The notes under the pieces were generated by a model, which saw only the letters and a program-made list of their open reading frames with translations, was not told where the DNA came from and ran no database searches. The position numbers and the translations under genes are program-made. Positions 39,708-49,510 of a DNA stretch of 64,000 nucleotides are shown here, piece after piece. The stretch spans positions 10,368-74,367 of the forward strand of contig JBEPZZ010000005.1 of assembly GCA_041640575.1 (NCBI GenBank), written 5' to 3'. Every line of letters starts with the position of its first letter. Position 1 is the first letter of the stretch. Source of the stretch: Pseudothermotoga sp. GTDB lineage: Bacteria; Thermotogota; Thermotogae; Thermotogales; DSM-5069.

Positions 39708-40610
39708 ATGGTAAGAGTCCTTGATCTTGGTTCAAACTCTTTTATTGTTTTGGTTCTACAAAATGAAGAAATCCTGCTTGAAAAAGTCTATGAGCTTGGT
39801 TTAAAAGCCCTTATGAAGAATAAGGAGGTAGCATTCAATACCGCAAAACAGATTCTCTCTAAAGCTCTTAGCGAATCTGATTTTTCCTGTTTGACCTATG
39901 CGTTCGGTACCTCGGTCTTTAGAGACCATCCCGAATTTTTCGAAGCTTTAACAAGAGAATTTAGGTTAAATGGTTACATTCTTTCTGAAGAAGAAGAAGC
40001 AATGTACTCTTATATGTCCGTTGATCCTGGGTTAAGCAAGAATATTACTGTTGTCGATTTGGGTGGCGGCAGTCTTGAGATAGTTAGAAAAGATTGCTTC
40101 AAAAGTTATTGCTTGGGAACACATGTTCTGAACGATCTTTTTGATCTCACACTTCCGAATGCGGTAGATTTTGAGAAGGCTGTAAAATACATAAAAAATC
40201 AAATTTTTCTCATTTTTCCCGAACTCGGTGAGACTTTCACCATTGGAGGTTCATTTGTCGCAATAGCTGCATTAAAAAAAGGCCTTTGGGATTTGAAAAC
40301 TTTGCATGGCGAAAAACTAACTAGAGAAGACATTTTAAAAGTTTTAAACGAGGTTCGATTCAGAAATTTTGAGTGGATAAAGGCCAAAGGAATAATACCA
40401 CAGGGTCGAGAAAAAACTTTGATGGCAGGTTTAGCAGTGGCTTTAGCCATAACTCAGCTTTCCGAAGATGTAAAGGTCTCCACTAAGGGGTACAGGCACA
40501 CAGTTGGGCTTATGCTGGAGAAAAGTGGAAAGTTGCTACACCCGTGGCGTGCCCGGGGAGATTTGAACTCCCGGCCTCCAGATCCGCAGTCTGGCGCTCT
40601 ATCCAGCTGA
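39708..40610 (+). CDS. ppx: Ppx/GppA-family phosphatase (short form)
   Basis: DLGSNSF, GTSVFR, EEEAMYSY, DLGGGSLE, GREKTLMAG; 3' end overlaps tRNA-Arg antisense. Confidence 0.82.
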   Translation: MVRVLDLGSNSFIVLVLQNEEILLEKVYELGLKALMKNKEVAFNTAKQILSKALSESDFSCLTYAFGTSVFRDHPEFFEALTREFRLNGYILSEEEEAMYSYMSVDPGLSKNITVVDLGGGSLEIVRKDCFKSYCLGTHVLNDLFDLTLPNAVDFEKAVKYIKNQIFLIFPELGETFTIGGSFVAIAALKKGLWDLKTLHGEKLTREDILKVLNEVRFRNFEWIKAKGIIPQGREKTLMAGLAVALAITQLSEDVKVSTKGYRHTVGLMLEKSGKLLHPWRARGDLNSRPPDPQSGALSS

Positions 40611-40621
40611 GCTACGGGCAC
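40545..40621 (-). tRNA. tRNA-Arg(GCG)
   Basis: GTGCCCG acceptor stem, D-arm TAGCTCAGCTGGATAGAGC, anticodon arm CCAGA-CTGCGGA-TCTGG, GTTCAAATC, encoded CCA; 77 nt. Confidence 0.96.
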
Positions 40622-40626
40622 GAATC

Positions 40627-40719
<93 letters not shown>

Positions 40720-40745
40720 AATTTTCCGAAAATCGACCATTTCCC

Positions 40746-40773
40746 ATTATAATACACTAAAGCAAAAAATCAA
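40746..40773 (-). promoter_or_regulatory. Promoter of the tRNA-Ser/Arg pair
   Basis: TTGATT-N16-TATAAT on the minus strand ~27 bp upstream of tRNA-Ser. Confidence 0.6.
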
Positions 40774-40799
40774 GTGATAAAATTATTTTCCTGATTCTT

Positions 40800-43385
40800 C
40801 TACTTCTCGAGCATCTCTTTCAACACTCTTAAAGCTTCGCTTATCTTTGAAGGATCCTTACCACCTGCCTGAGCCAAATCTGATCTTCCGCCGCCACCAC
40901 CACCGAGGATTAATGCGATACTTTTCGCAAGTTCCCCTGCTTTTATGCGGTTCGTCAAATCAGGTGATACTCGGATTATGCAGTTGACTTTTTCTTTTTC
41001 GATTGAAAAAAGAGCTACAATTGAATTTGTCTTACCACTTATAGCAACATCTGAAAGATTCCGAAGAGTGTTGCTCTCCACATCTTGAAGAACTGCATGA
41101 AAGAGCTCCACACCAGAGATTCTTTCGCCAGTCATTGACTTAATCTGCGCAGACAACAGTTTAGACTTCATCTGTTCAATCTGCCTTGATAAATCTTGCT
41201 GCTTATCAAGGATTTGTGTAACTCTTTGTAAAACTTCCTGCTCAGAACAACCTAGCATTTTCGTTAAATTGCTTACCAAAGTCTCTTTATTTCTTAAATA
41301 TTCCAACGCAACTCTTCCAGTAACTGCTTCTATACGTCTCACACCCGCGGAAATTGCGGTTTCAGATACTATTTTGAATAAACCGATGTTTCCTGTGTTT
41401 GAAACGTGGGTACCACCACACAGTTCCTCGCTGAAACCAGAAACTTTAACTACCCTCACCGTTTCTCCATATTTTTCACCGAATAAAGCAATTGCACCTT
41501 CTGCCACAGCCTCTTTGAAGGACTTTTTCTCTATACTCACTGGCAAGGCTTTCATAATGATTTCATTCACAATATTTTCAATTTGCTTTATTTCCTCATC
41601 CTTTAAGGCTTGATAATGGCTAAAATCAAATCTAAGCCTTTCTGGCGCAACAAGAGAACCAGATTGTTTTACATGTGGACCCAGAACTTTTCTCAAGGCT
41701 GCGTGTAACAAATGTGTCGCTGTATGATTTCTCATCGTATCGATTCTCTTTTCAACATCAATCTTCAAGTTACACTTGATTCCTGCTTTTAATAATCCTT
41801 TCTCAACTTCCACAACGTGGGCAATCAAACTTTCTACTGGTACATAAACGTATTCAACTCTTGCCTCTCCGCCATCCCAGTATATTTTTCCAGTATCACT
41901 GACCTGTCCACCTTTTTCGGCATAAAAAACAGTTTGATCAAAAATCACTTCTGCCTTTTGCCGTTCGGTTGCGAGAGGCGGATCGATTGCAACAACTTGT
42001 CCTTCACATTCGAATCTCTCGTAACCGAGGAACTGGGTTTGAACTGTCTTCGCAAGGTTTACGAAAGTTGATTTCTTTGTGTAAGCAACGTCGCCTCTTG
42101 CACCACGGGCTCTTTCTCTCTGAGCTTCCATGAGTTTTTCAAATCCTTCAAAATCAATTTCGAGACCTTTGTCTTTTGCCACATCTACAACTATGTCTGG
42201 TGGATAACCATAGGTATCGTAAAGCCTAAATAAATCTTCACCAGATATAACCTTGCTAGATTTTGCTATTATTTCCTTAAGTAACTCATTACCCTGCATA
42301 ATTGTTTTGAAGAATCTTTCTTCTTCAGCTTTTGTGACTTCGAGTATTAGATCCCTTCTTTCCCACAGTTCTGGATAAACGTCTTTCATTGTTTCAACTA
42401 CGACATCATTTATTAAATACAAAAATGGTTTCTGTAAACCAAGTAAAACACCATGGCGCACTGCTCTTCGCAAGATTCTTCTAAGCACATATCCTCTTTC
42501 TTCATTAGACGGGAAGACACCGTCTGCTATTAAAAAGCTTACGGCACGTGAGTGATCTGCTATCACACGGATCGAGACGTCCTTTTGCTGATCCTGTTTG
42601 TACCGAACATTAGAAATCTCTTGAATTCTCAAAATAATGCGTGCGAAAAGATCTGTCTCAAAGTTGCTTGAAACGCCCTGAACAACTGCACTAATTCTTT
42701 CCAGGCCAGCACCAGTGTCTATATTCTTTTTCGGAAGGGGATGTAGTTTTCCCTGTTCATCTTGATAAAACTCAGTGAAAACAAGGTTCCATATCTCCAA
42801 AAACCTCTTGTCACTGTTTGCAGGTGTGCACTCTTCACCATGCGGGCAATCATCTGTGATACCAGTGTCATAGTGAATCTCAGAGCATGGGCCACAAGGG
42901 CCAGTAGGTCCCGCTGGGCCCCAAAAGTTCGTCTCTTTCCCCATTCGAATTATTTTTCTCTCTGGCACACCGACAACGTTTCTCCATATATTGAACGATT
43001 CATCATCGTCTTTGTAAATCGTTACCCACAATTTCTCTTCTGGAAGTTTCAAAACTTCCGTTACAAATTCCCAAGCCCATACTATTGCTTCTTTCTTGAA
43101 ATAGTCCCCAAAGGAAAAATTTCCAAGCATTTCAAAAAATGTATGGTGTCTGGGTGTCCTACCAACATTTTCTATGTCGTTAGTTCTTAAACATTTTTGG
43201 CAAGTTGCAACCCTTGTATAAACTGGTTCAACTTTTCCCCAGAAAATTGGCTTGAATGGCACCATGCCAGCAACAGTGAATAAAAGCTGAGGATCGTCTG
43301 GTATTAACGATGCACTTGGCAAAACTTTATGCTGTTTCTTCTCGAAAAAAGTCAAAAACTGTTTTCTGATTTCATTTCCTGTCAT
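40800..43385 (-). CDS. alaS: Alanine--tRNA ligase
   Basis: AGMVPFK, RHHTFFEMLGNFS, DTGAGLER, NHTATHLL, ELCGGTH, GGGGGR..AQAGG; ATG at 43385 behind GAGGTGA. Confidence 0.98.
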   Translation of the reverse strand: MTGNEIRKQFLTFFEKKQHKVLPSASLIPDDPQLLFTVAGMVPFKPIFWGKVEPVYTRVATCQKCLRTNDIENVGRTPRHHTFFEMLGNFSFGDYFKKEAIVWAWEFVTEVLKLPEEKLWVTIYKDDDESFNIWRNVVGVPERKIIRMGKETNFWGPAGPTGPCGPCSEIHYDTGITDDCPHGEECTPANSDKRFLEIWNLVFTEFYQDEQGKLHPLPKKNIDTGAGLERISAVVQGVSSNFETDLFARIILRIQEISNVRYKQDQQKDVSIRVIADHSRAVSFLIADGVFPSNEERGYVLRRILRRAVRHGVLLGLQKPFLYLINDVVVETMKDVYPELWERRDLILEVTKAEEERFFKTIMQGNELLKEIIAKSSKVISGEDLFRLYDTYGYPPDIVVDVAKDKGLEIDFEGFEKLMEAQRERARGARGDVAYTKKSTFVNLAKTVQTQFLGYERFECEGQVVAIDPPLATERQKAEVIFDQTVFYAEKGGQVSDTGKIYWDGGEARVEYVYVPVESLIAHVVEVEKGLLKAGIKCNLKIDVEKRIDTMRNHTATHLLHAALRKVLGPHVKQSGSLVAPERLRFDFSHYQALKDEEIKQIENIVNEIIMKALPVSIEKKSFKEAVAEGAIALFGEKYGETVRVVKVSGFSEELCGGTHVSNTGNIGLFKIVSETAISAGVRRIEAVTGRVALEYLRNKETLVSNLTKMLGCSEQEVLQRVTQILDKQQDLSRQIEQMKSKLLSAQIKSMTGERISGVELFHAVLQDVESNTLRNLSDVAISGKTNSIVALFSIEKEKVNCIIRVSPDLTNRIKAGELAKSIALILGGGGGGRSDLAQAGGKDPSKISEALRVLKEMLEK

Positions 43386-43395
43386 ACTTATCACC

Positions 43396-44211
43396 TCACA
43401 AAACTCCATAGCTTAAAAGGACATAAGTAATGGGTGTTACAAAGAGCAGTCCATCTATCCTATCAAGCATACCACCGTGGCCCGGCAATATATTTCCAGA
43501 ATCCTTTCTGTTAAAGTACCTTTTCAAAGCCGATTCAAAAATATCTCCAAAAGTATCGAAAAGCGCCACTACAATGGAGAAAATCACCAAAGATCTGTAA
43601 GAAATCACCTTAGCTTCAAATAACCATTCAAAGGACACTTTGTACACAGCGCTAAAAGCCAAGCATGCCACGAAACCACCTATAACACCTTCCAAGCTTT
43701 TATTTGGACTGAATTTCTTAGCTATCTTAGTTTTCCCAAACTTCATACCCACAAAATATGCACCAGTGTCGTACAACCACACAGCTGTTAGGTTCAGCAA
43801 AGCGTTGGCCCATCCAAATTTCAGGTAAATAGGAAAAAAGAAAGAAAGACATGCAGCAACGTAAATCAAGGATAGAATCGTGCCGAGGATTGTATCCCAT
43901 ATTCCAGAAATCTCCTTGGTAAAAACTAAAAAAGCAATTGCACTAGCTATAAAGAACAATGAGAAGTACAACAAACCATTTTCAGCCTTGTTAATTCCAT
44001 AGATAATTGTGAAAGTTACGTTTAAAATCACACCTACGTAAACAATATATCTGTTCTCATGATTTGAGGCCGTCATGTTGAGAAATTCATACGAGGCAAG
44101 TAACACCACCGCGGCAACTAAGCCTATAAGACTCTTATAACTCACGAAACACGCGATAACAAAAGGTGCAACAATGACAGCTGTTATCAATCTTGTTCTT
44201 GTTTCGGACAT
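43396..44211 (-). CDS. cdsA: Phosphatidate cytidylyltransferase
   Basis: DTGAYFVG, SPNKSLEG, GDIFESALKR, KDSGNILPGHGGMLDRIDG. Confidence 0.96.
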   Translation of the reverse strand: MSETRTRLITAVIVAPFVIACFVSYKSLIGLVAAVVLLASYEFLNMTASNHENRYIVYVGVILNVTFTIIYGINKAENGLLYFSLFFIASAIAFLVFTKEISGIWDTILGTILSLIYVAACLSFFFPIYLKFGWANALLNLTAVWLYDTGAYFVGMKFGKTKIAKKFSPNKSLEGVIGGFVACLAFSAVYKVSFEWLFEAKVISYRSLVIFSIVVALFDTFGDIFESALKRYFNRKDSGNILPGHGGMLDRIDGLLFVTPITYVLLSYGVL

Positions 44212-44888
44212 ACCAATCCCCCAAACTTTCGTTCCCGCTTTTCATAGTTCTCTAAAGCTTTCTTAAAGTCTTCTCTTGAAAAGTCAGGCCAGAGAACCTT
44301 AGTAAAATATAGTTCACTATAAGCTGTTTGCCAAATCAAGAAGTTGCTTAGTCTTTCTTCGCCAGACGTCCTTATAACAAGATCTGGATCAGGAACATCA
44401 GGAATGTATAAAAAGCTTCTCAGAGTTGACTCATCTAGCTCTTTAACCCCATGTTTGATAGCCTTGTTGAAGGCATCTATGAGTTCGGCCCTGCCACCAT
44501 AGTTCAATGCAATTATGACTTGAATAGTCATGTTATTCTTGGTTTTCTCTTCACAATCAAGACAAAGTTGATAGATTTGTTCTGGTAGTTTATCGAGTCT
44601 TCCTGAAAATCTCAACCTAACGCCTTGTTCCATAATTCTGTCCAGCTTCTTGCTGAGCATATTAGCAAACAGGGAAAAAAGAAAACCAACTTCTTCCTTC
44701 GGTCTTTTCCAGTTCTCCGTTGAAAATGCATACAAGCTAAGGTATTTAATACCCTCTTGTGCTGCCCATTCAACCACTTTTTCAACTTTGAGTGCTCCGC
44801 GTCTGTGTCCCTCAACTCTTGGTAATCCTCTTTTCTGCGCCCATCTACCGTTTCCGTCCATTATGATTGCAACATGAACTGGCTTCAA
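44187..44888 (-). CDS. uppS: Undecaprenyl diphosphate synthase
   Basis: [41 protein letters not shown]. Confidence 0.97.
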   Translation of the reverse strand: MKPVHVAIIMDGNGRWAQKRGLPRVEGHRRGALKVEKVVEWAAQEGIKYLSLYAFSTENWKRPKEEVGFLFSLFANMLSKKLDRIMEQGVRLRFSGRLDKLPEQIYQLCLDCEEKTKNNMTIQVIIALNYGGRAELIDAFNKAIKHGVKELDESTLRSFLYIPDVPDPDLVIRTSGEERLSNFLIWQTAYSELYFTKVLWPDFSREDFKKALENYEKRERKFGGLVCPKQEQD

Positions 44889-45442
44889 ACTTCCATTATC
44901 TCCTTTTCTTTCTTTTCGAACAACTTTTCAATTTCTTCTATTTTCTTATCTGTTAGATCTTGTATTTCCTTCTCTAATCTTTTTTCATCATCTTCAGAAA
45001 TTTTTCCATTCTTTGTCAGATCCTTCAATTCTTTCAAAATATCTCTTCTGATGTTTCTTATAGCAACTTTGCCTTGTTCAGCTATCTCCTTTGCTTTTTT
45101 GACCCACTTTTGTCGCTGCTCAGTTGTTGGTGTTGGAAAAATTATCCTCACGCTGGTACCATCATTCTGAGGTGTCAGACCAAGATCCGAAGCAAAAATG
45201 GCTTTCTCTATTGCCGAAACGACAGACTTGTCCCAGGGCTTTATAACAAGTGCACGATCCTCGGAAATACTTACCGTTGCAAGCTGATTAATTGGTGTTT
45301 GTGCTCCATAATAATCCACCTTTATTTCCTCCAAAATAGCTGGGGAAGGTCTTCCAGTTCGCATCTTTCTAAGTTCATCGCTTATTCTTTCAATTGATTT
45401 GTTCATCTTTTCCTCAGCAGCCTTTACCAGAGGATGTTTCAC
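44885..45442 (-). CDS. frr: Ribosome recycling factor
   Basis: [37 protein letters not shown]. Confidence 0.97.
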   Translation of the reverse strand: MKHPLVKAAEEKMNKSIERISDELRKMRTGRPSPAILEEIKVDYYGAQTPINQLATVSISEDRALVIKPWDKSVVSAIEKAIFASDLGLTPQNDGTSVRIIFPTPTTEQRQKWVKKAKEIAEQGKVAIRNIRRDILKELKDLTKNGKISEDDEKRLEKEIQDLTDKKIEEIEKLFEKKEKEIMEV

Positions 45443-46070
45443 TGCCTTTCCCTCCCTCGTCTTGACTCGTTTATCTGCATTGACTATACTATATCATACA
45501 CGATTACAAGCCCATCGTAAATCAACAGTACCTCAGGGAGCGATTATGATATCGCTATTTACATTTCTTCTGAGGTTATTGATAGTAATTTAGAAAAACT
45601 ATGAATACAATCCTTATCACTCTTCTTTCTTCTCAAGCCATTTATTTGTGAAGAGACACATCAACAAATAAAGATCTCCGGATTTTTGTAAATCAACGCT
45701 TATTTCCACCGTGCTAGCGTTCTTCGTACAATTTTCGAGGACAAGGAGTATGATCAACTCTAAAGCTTTAGCTTTTTTCAATCACCTTCTTCAGGATGCC
45801 TGTTTTTCGGAATCATATGTGAAACAAACACTTTCTTTAGAACCCCCCTTTTTGTGGCAATTTTATGATGCTCCCTGAAACTCTTTGGAAATGAGGAGAC
45901 AAATATGAGTTACTTCGAAGAATGATAAAGTTTGAGGTTGGCCTTCCTACAATTTCATGTTCAAGGAAGCAGATGGAAAAATGCTACGTTTGTACTGACC
46001 TAAGCATATAGAACTAAAAGAACTTCAAAAACTTTTCTGAACAAATCCTTTGCTTTGAGTACCATGAAGA

Positions 46071-46099
46071 AAAGCGAAAAGGCGACCTCTCGGTCGCCT
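46071..46099 (-). terminator. Intrinsic terminator (GAGA tetraloop)
   Basis: Minus strand AGGCGACC-GAGA-GGTCGCCT followed by TTTCGCTTT. Confidence 0.8.
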
Positions 46100-46177
46100 G
46101 AAAGTACTTGTATAGAACCTTTGAATCTATGATTCAAAAGGAGGGTGGGGGGTCGTATTCAGCTTCCGGTTTTTAGA
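46072..46177 (-). ncRNA. Candidate ~105-nt small RNA with C-rich anti-SD tract
   Basis: TAAAAT -10 at 46184-46189; CCCCCCACCCUCCUUUU tract; 8-bp hairpin 46120-46138; own terminator; no ORF on this strand. Confidence 0.5.
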
Positions 46178-46212
46178 CAGAACATTTTACAGAAAAGTTC
46201 AAGAACATAAAG

Positions 46213-46232
46213 TTAAACGAATTTAAACGAAT
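46213..46232. repeat. Perfect 10-bp tandem direct repeat, putative regulator site
   Basis: TTAAACGAAT TTAAACGAAT. Confidence 0.7.
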
Positions 46233-46349
46233 GGTTCCTAAAGTGCAAACAAGTTAGAATGATGCTTATCAAGCGAGCAAAATTTCAAGTATACCTTCTT
46301 TGGTCACCATAACTTTTTACGATCTTGTCTTACGAACTTCAGTTACAAG

Positions 46350-46379
46350 AAAAAAGCCGGAACTTAGCTTATTTCCGGC
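46350..46379 (-). terminator. Intrinsic terminator after leuS
   Basis: GCCGGAA-N10-TTCCGGC stem with a 6-A run (U tail on the minus strand). Confidence 0.75.
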
Positions 46380-46462
46380 CAAAATTAAAGTATTATCCCG
46401 CAATGTCGAATTTTCACTTTTGTAAATAGTTCCAAATCCGGCTCTTCAACATATAAATGTAC

Positions 46463-48910
46463 TCAGCAGGTAATACTAAGCAACCTGCCTTTCACATACA
46501 CGATCTTTTTTGGCTCTTTGTCTATGTACTTTCTGATTCTGTCGTTGTTCATAGCCAGTTGTTTGACAAGTTCATCACTTGCATCAATTGGTATCTTGAT
46601 CCTATCCCTTACTTTTCCATTAATCTGCACAGCGATCTCTATTTCCTCGACCCTGAGTGCATTTTCATCATAATTTGGCCAAGTTTCGAGCATGATAGAT
46701 TCCTGCTTGCCCATCAGTCTCCAAAGTTCTTCTGCAAAATGTGGTGCAAACGGTGAAATCATAAGCAGGAATTTTTCCGCACACTCTCTGAGCAACTTTG
46801 TGTTCCATTTTTCCCTTGGTACTTCATCCATGTAGTCAGAGATCGCATTTATGAGTTCCATTAAGCCGCTGACTGCCGTATTGAATTTGAAACCACCTTC
46901 CATATCTTCGGTGATCTTCTTCAGCATGGTATGAAGTTTCCTGAGCAGTTGTTTTTCGCGCTCTGATGGTTCTTGAACATCACCCTCTTTTAACGAAATT
47001 ATTTCATTTATTATATTCCATGACCTCTTGATAAATCTATGCACTCCTTCGATCCCAGCATCGTTCCATTCAGCGTCCTTCTCAGGTGGTCCCATAAACA
47101 ATATGTAAAGTCGCAATGTATCAGCACCATACTTCTCAATCATGTCATCTGGTGAAACAACGTTACCTTTGCTCTTGGACATCTTGAAACCGTCTTTATA
47201 AATCATTCCCTGAGTGAAAAGGTTTGTGAACGGTTCGTCAAAACTCAGATAGCCCAGGTCATGCAGAACTTTTGTTATGAATCTTGAGTAAAGAAGGTGC
47301 AAGATCGCATGTTCAACTCCACCCACATACTGATCAACAGGTAGCCAATAGTCAACATCTTCCTTTAAAAACGGTTTTTCGCTCAGCTTCGGGTTCACAT
47401 ACCTCAAAAAATACCAAGAAGAATCCACAAAGGTATCCATCGTGTCGGCATCACGAACAGCCGGTCCACCGCACTTTGGACAAGTAACCCTTCTGAATTC
47501 TTCACTGAGCATCAATGGAGACTGACCTGTTGGAAGAAATTCAACGTTGTATGGAAGTTTGACGGGCAGATCTTTCTCTGGGACAGGCACCATTCCACAC
47601 TTTTCGCAGTAAATGATTGGTATAGGAGCCCCCCAGTATCTCTGCCTTGAAATCAGCCAATCTCTTAACTTATATTGAAAGGTTCTCTTACCAATTCCCT
47701 TCTCTTCCAACCATTTGAAAACCCTGCGCATCTCGTCTGGGATCAAAGTGCCGCTTAACTCCCCACTGTTAATCATGATACCTGGACCATCGTATGCTTT
47801 GTCGAAGGTAAATTCCTGAGTAGGCTTTATAACTTGTTTAATTGGAATCCCATATTTCTTTGCAAAGTCGAAATCTCTTTGATCGTGAGCGGGAACTCCC
47901 ATTACCGCACCTGTTCCGTACTCCATCAATACGTAATTTGTAACGTATATTGGTACCTTCTCACCATTTGCAGGGTTGATAGCATAACTTCCAGTGAAAA
48001 ATCCTTCTTTTTCTGCCTCAAGAGCCGTTCTTTTGAACCTATCCTGAGCCCAAATTCTTGCAAGAAATTTGTCGAGCTCTTCTCGAAGATGAGGTAGGAC
48101 AACTCGGTCGACCAAGGGAGACTCTGGGGCAAGAGCCATGAAAGTGACTCCCCAAAGTGTGTCTGGCCTGGTTGTGAAAACTTCTATTTGAAGATCCGTA
48201 CCATCAACCTCAAACTTCACTTTGGCACCTTCGCTTTGCCCTATCCAGTTTCTTTGCATCGTCTTAACGTGCTCAGGCCAGCCAGTAAGTTTGTCAAGGT
48301 CGTTCAAAAGTCGTTCGGCATAGTCGGTTATTCTAAAGAACCATTGTTCAAGATGCTTCACCGTCACCGGTGTTCCACATCTCTCACAGCTTCCATCTTT
48401 GACCTGCTCGTTTGCCAAAGAAGTCATGCATTTTGGGCACCAGTTCACCGCTGCCATTTTCTTGTAAGCTAACCCCGCCTCATAGAGTTTCAAAAAAATC
48501 CACTGTGTCCACTTGTAGTATTCCTCTACGCATGTTATAACCTCTCTGCTCCAGTCATAGCTAATTCCAATCCTTTTTATTTGCCTTCTAATCGTATTTA
48601 TGTTGGTCATAGTCCAATCGTAAGGATGTATCTTTTTATCTATTGCTGCATTTTCTGCAGGCAGTCCAAAAGCATCGTACCCAAAAGGATGCAGAACATT
48701 AAATCCCCTCATTCTCTTGTATCTCGCAACAGCGTCACCTATAACGTAATTTTTGACGTGACCAACGTGTAATGTACCCGAAGGATAGGGAAACATGACA
48801 AGCATGTAGTACTTTGGTTTGTTAGAATACTGCGGGGTTTGGAAAAACCCCCTCTCATCCCAGTACTTTTGCCATCTTGTCTCTATTTCAGCAAAGTCGT
48901 ACTTGTGCAC
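46463..48910 (-). CDS. leuS: Leucine--tRNA ligase
   Basis: MFPYPSGTLHVGH, FTTRPDT, GTGAVMGVPAHD, DWLISRQRYWG, KMSKS. Confidence 0.98.
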   Translation of the reverse strand: MHKYDFAEIETRWQKYWDERGFFQTPQYSNKPKYYMLVMFPYPSGTLHVGHVKNYVIGDAVARYKRMRGFNVLHPFGYDAFGLPAENAAIDKKIHPYDWTMTNINTIRRQIKRIGISYDWSREVITCVEEYYKWTQWIFLKLYEAGLAYKKMAAVNWCPKCMTSLANEQVKDGSCERCGTPVTVKHLEQWFFRITDYAERLLNDLDKLTGWPEHVKTMQRNWIGQSEGAKVKFEVDGTDLQIEVFTTRPDTLWGVTFMALAPESPLVDRVVLPHLREELDKFLARIWAQDRFKRTALEAEKEGFFTGSYAINPANGEKVPIYVTNYVLMEYGTGAVMGVPAHDQRDFDFAKKYGIPIKQVIKPTQEFTFDKAYDGPGIMINSGELSGTLIPDEMRRVFKWLEEKGIGKRTFQYKLRDWLISRQRYWGAPIPIIYCEKCGMVPVPEKDLPVKLPYNVEFLPTGQSPLMLSEEFRRVTCPKCGGPAVRDADTMDTFVDSSWYFLRYVNPKLSEKPFLKEDVDYWLPVDQYVGGVEHAILHLLYSRFITKVLHDLGYLSFDEPFTNLFTQGMIYKDGFKMSKSKGNVVSPDDMIEKYGADTLRLYILFMGPPEKDAEWNDAGIEGVHRFIKRSWNIINEIISLKEGDVQEPSEREKQLLRKLHTMLKKITEDMEGGFKFNTAVSGLMELINAISDYMDEVPREKWNTKLLRECAEKFLLMISPFAPHFAEELWRLMGKQESIMLETWPNYDENALRVEEIEIAVQINGKVRDRIKIPIDASDELVKQLAMNNDRIRKYIDKEPKKIVYVKGRLLSITC

Positions 48911-48925
48911 ACAACCACCTCCAAG

Positions 48926-49510
48926 TTATTTGTCAAAAATTATAGCACACAACAAGGCAAAAAGCTTTGTAAATGCTTTATATCTGTGGCTAAGTTTGTG
49001 TTTTTCTTCGCCCATTTCACCAAAAGTTTTATCATAACCGTTCGGAATAAAAATGGGATCGTAACCGAAACCTTCTGAACCCCTGATCGTGTGAGCTATG
49101 GTTCCTTCCACTTTTTCCTCGCAGCATATGACTAAATTCTGGTTTGGATTGTAATAAGCGGCGGCACAAACAAATCGAGCTGCTCTGTCCCTTTTGTTCT
49201 CCATCATTCTTAGTATCATCTGCATTCTCTGTCGATAGTCGCAATCTTTCATGAAGCGGGCAGAATAAACGCCCGGAAAGCCATCAAGTGCATCTATCAC
49301 CAATCCAGAATCATCAGCAACAACTTCCTTATTAGTCATGTTTCCATAAAAAATAGCCTTTTTAACTGCGTTTTGAACAAACGAATCGCCGCTTTCTTCA
49401 ACTTCCACAGTTATTCCAAGATCATTTAAAGAAATAACTTCAATCTTTTCAGGAACAAATCTTTTTATCTCCTGGACTTTGTCTTTATTACGAGTAGCAA
49501 TTAGAAGCAC
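48926..49510 (-). CDS. rdgB: dITP/XTP pyrophosphatase
   Basis: ATRNKDK, DDSGL..DAL.GFPGVYSAR, GFGYDPIF, SHR. Confidence 0.95.
   Translation of the reverse strand: MLLIATRNKDKVQEIKRFVPEKIEVISLNDLGITVEVEESGDSFVQNAVKKAIFYGNMTNKEVVADDSGLVIDALDGFPGVYSARFMKDCDYRQRMQMILRMMENKRDRAARFVCAAAYYNPNQNLVICCEEKVEGTIAHTIRGSEGFGYDPIFIPNGYDKTFGEMGEEKHKLSHRYKAFTKLFALLCAIIFDK

Noticed and set aside
45750..45878. 42-codon ORF MINSKALAFF... after AAGGAG
   Set aside because: SD only 1 nt from the ATG, no recognisable motif
46145..46210. Plus-strand 21-codon ORF (VGGRIQLPVF...) after AGGAGG
   Set aside because: No spacing between SD and GTG; hairpin polarity and U tail favour a minus-strand RNA
46463..49000. T-box leader for leuS (and likewise alaS)
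   Set aside because: Both synthetase genes sit inside operons with no leader space
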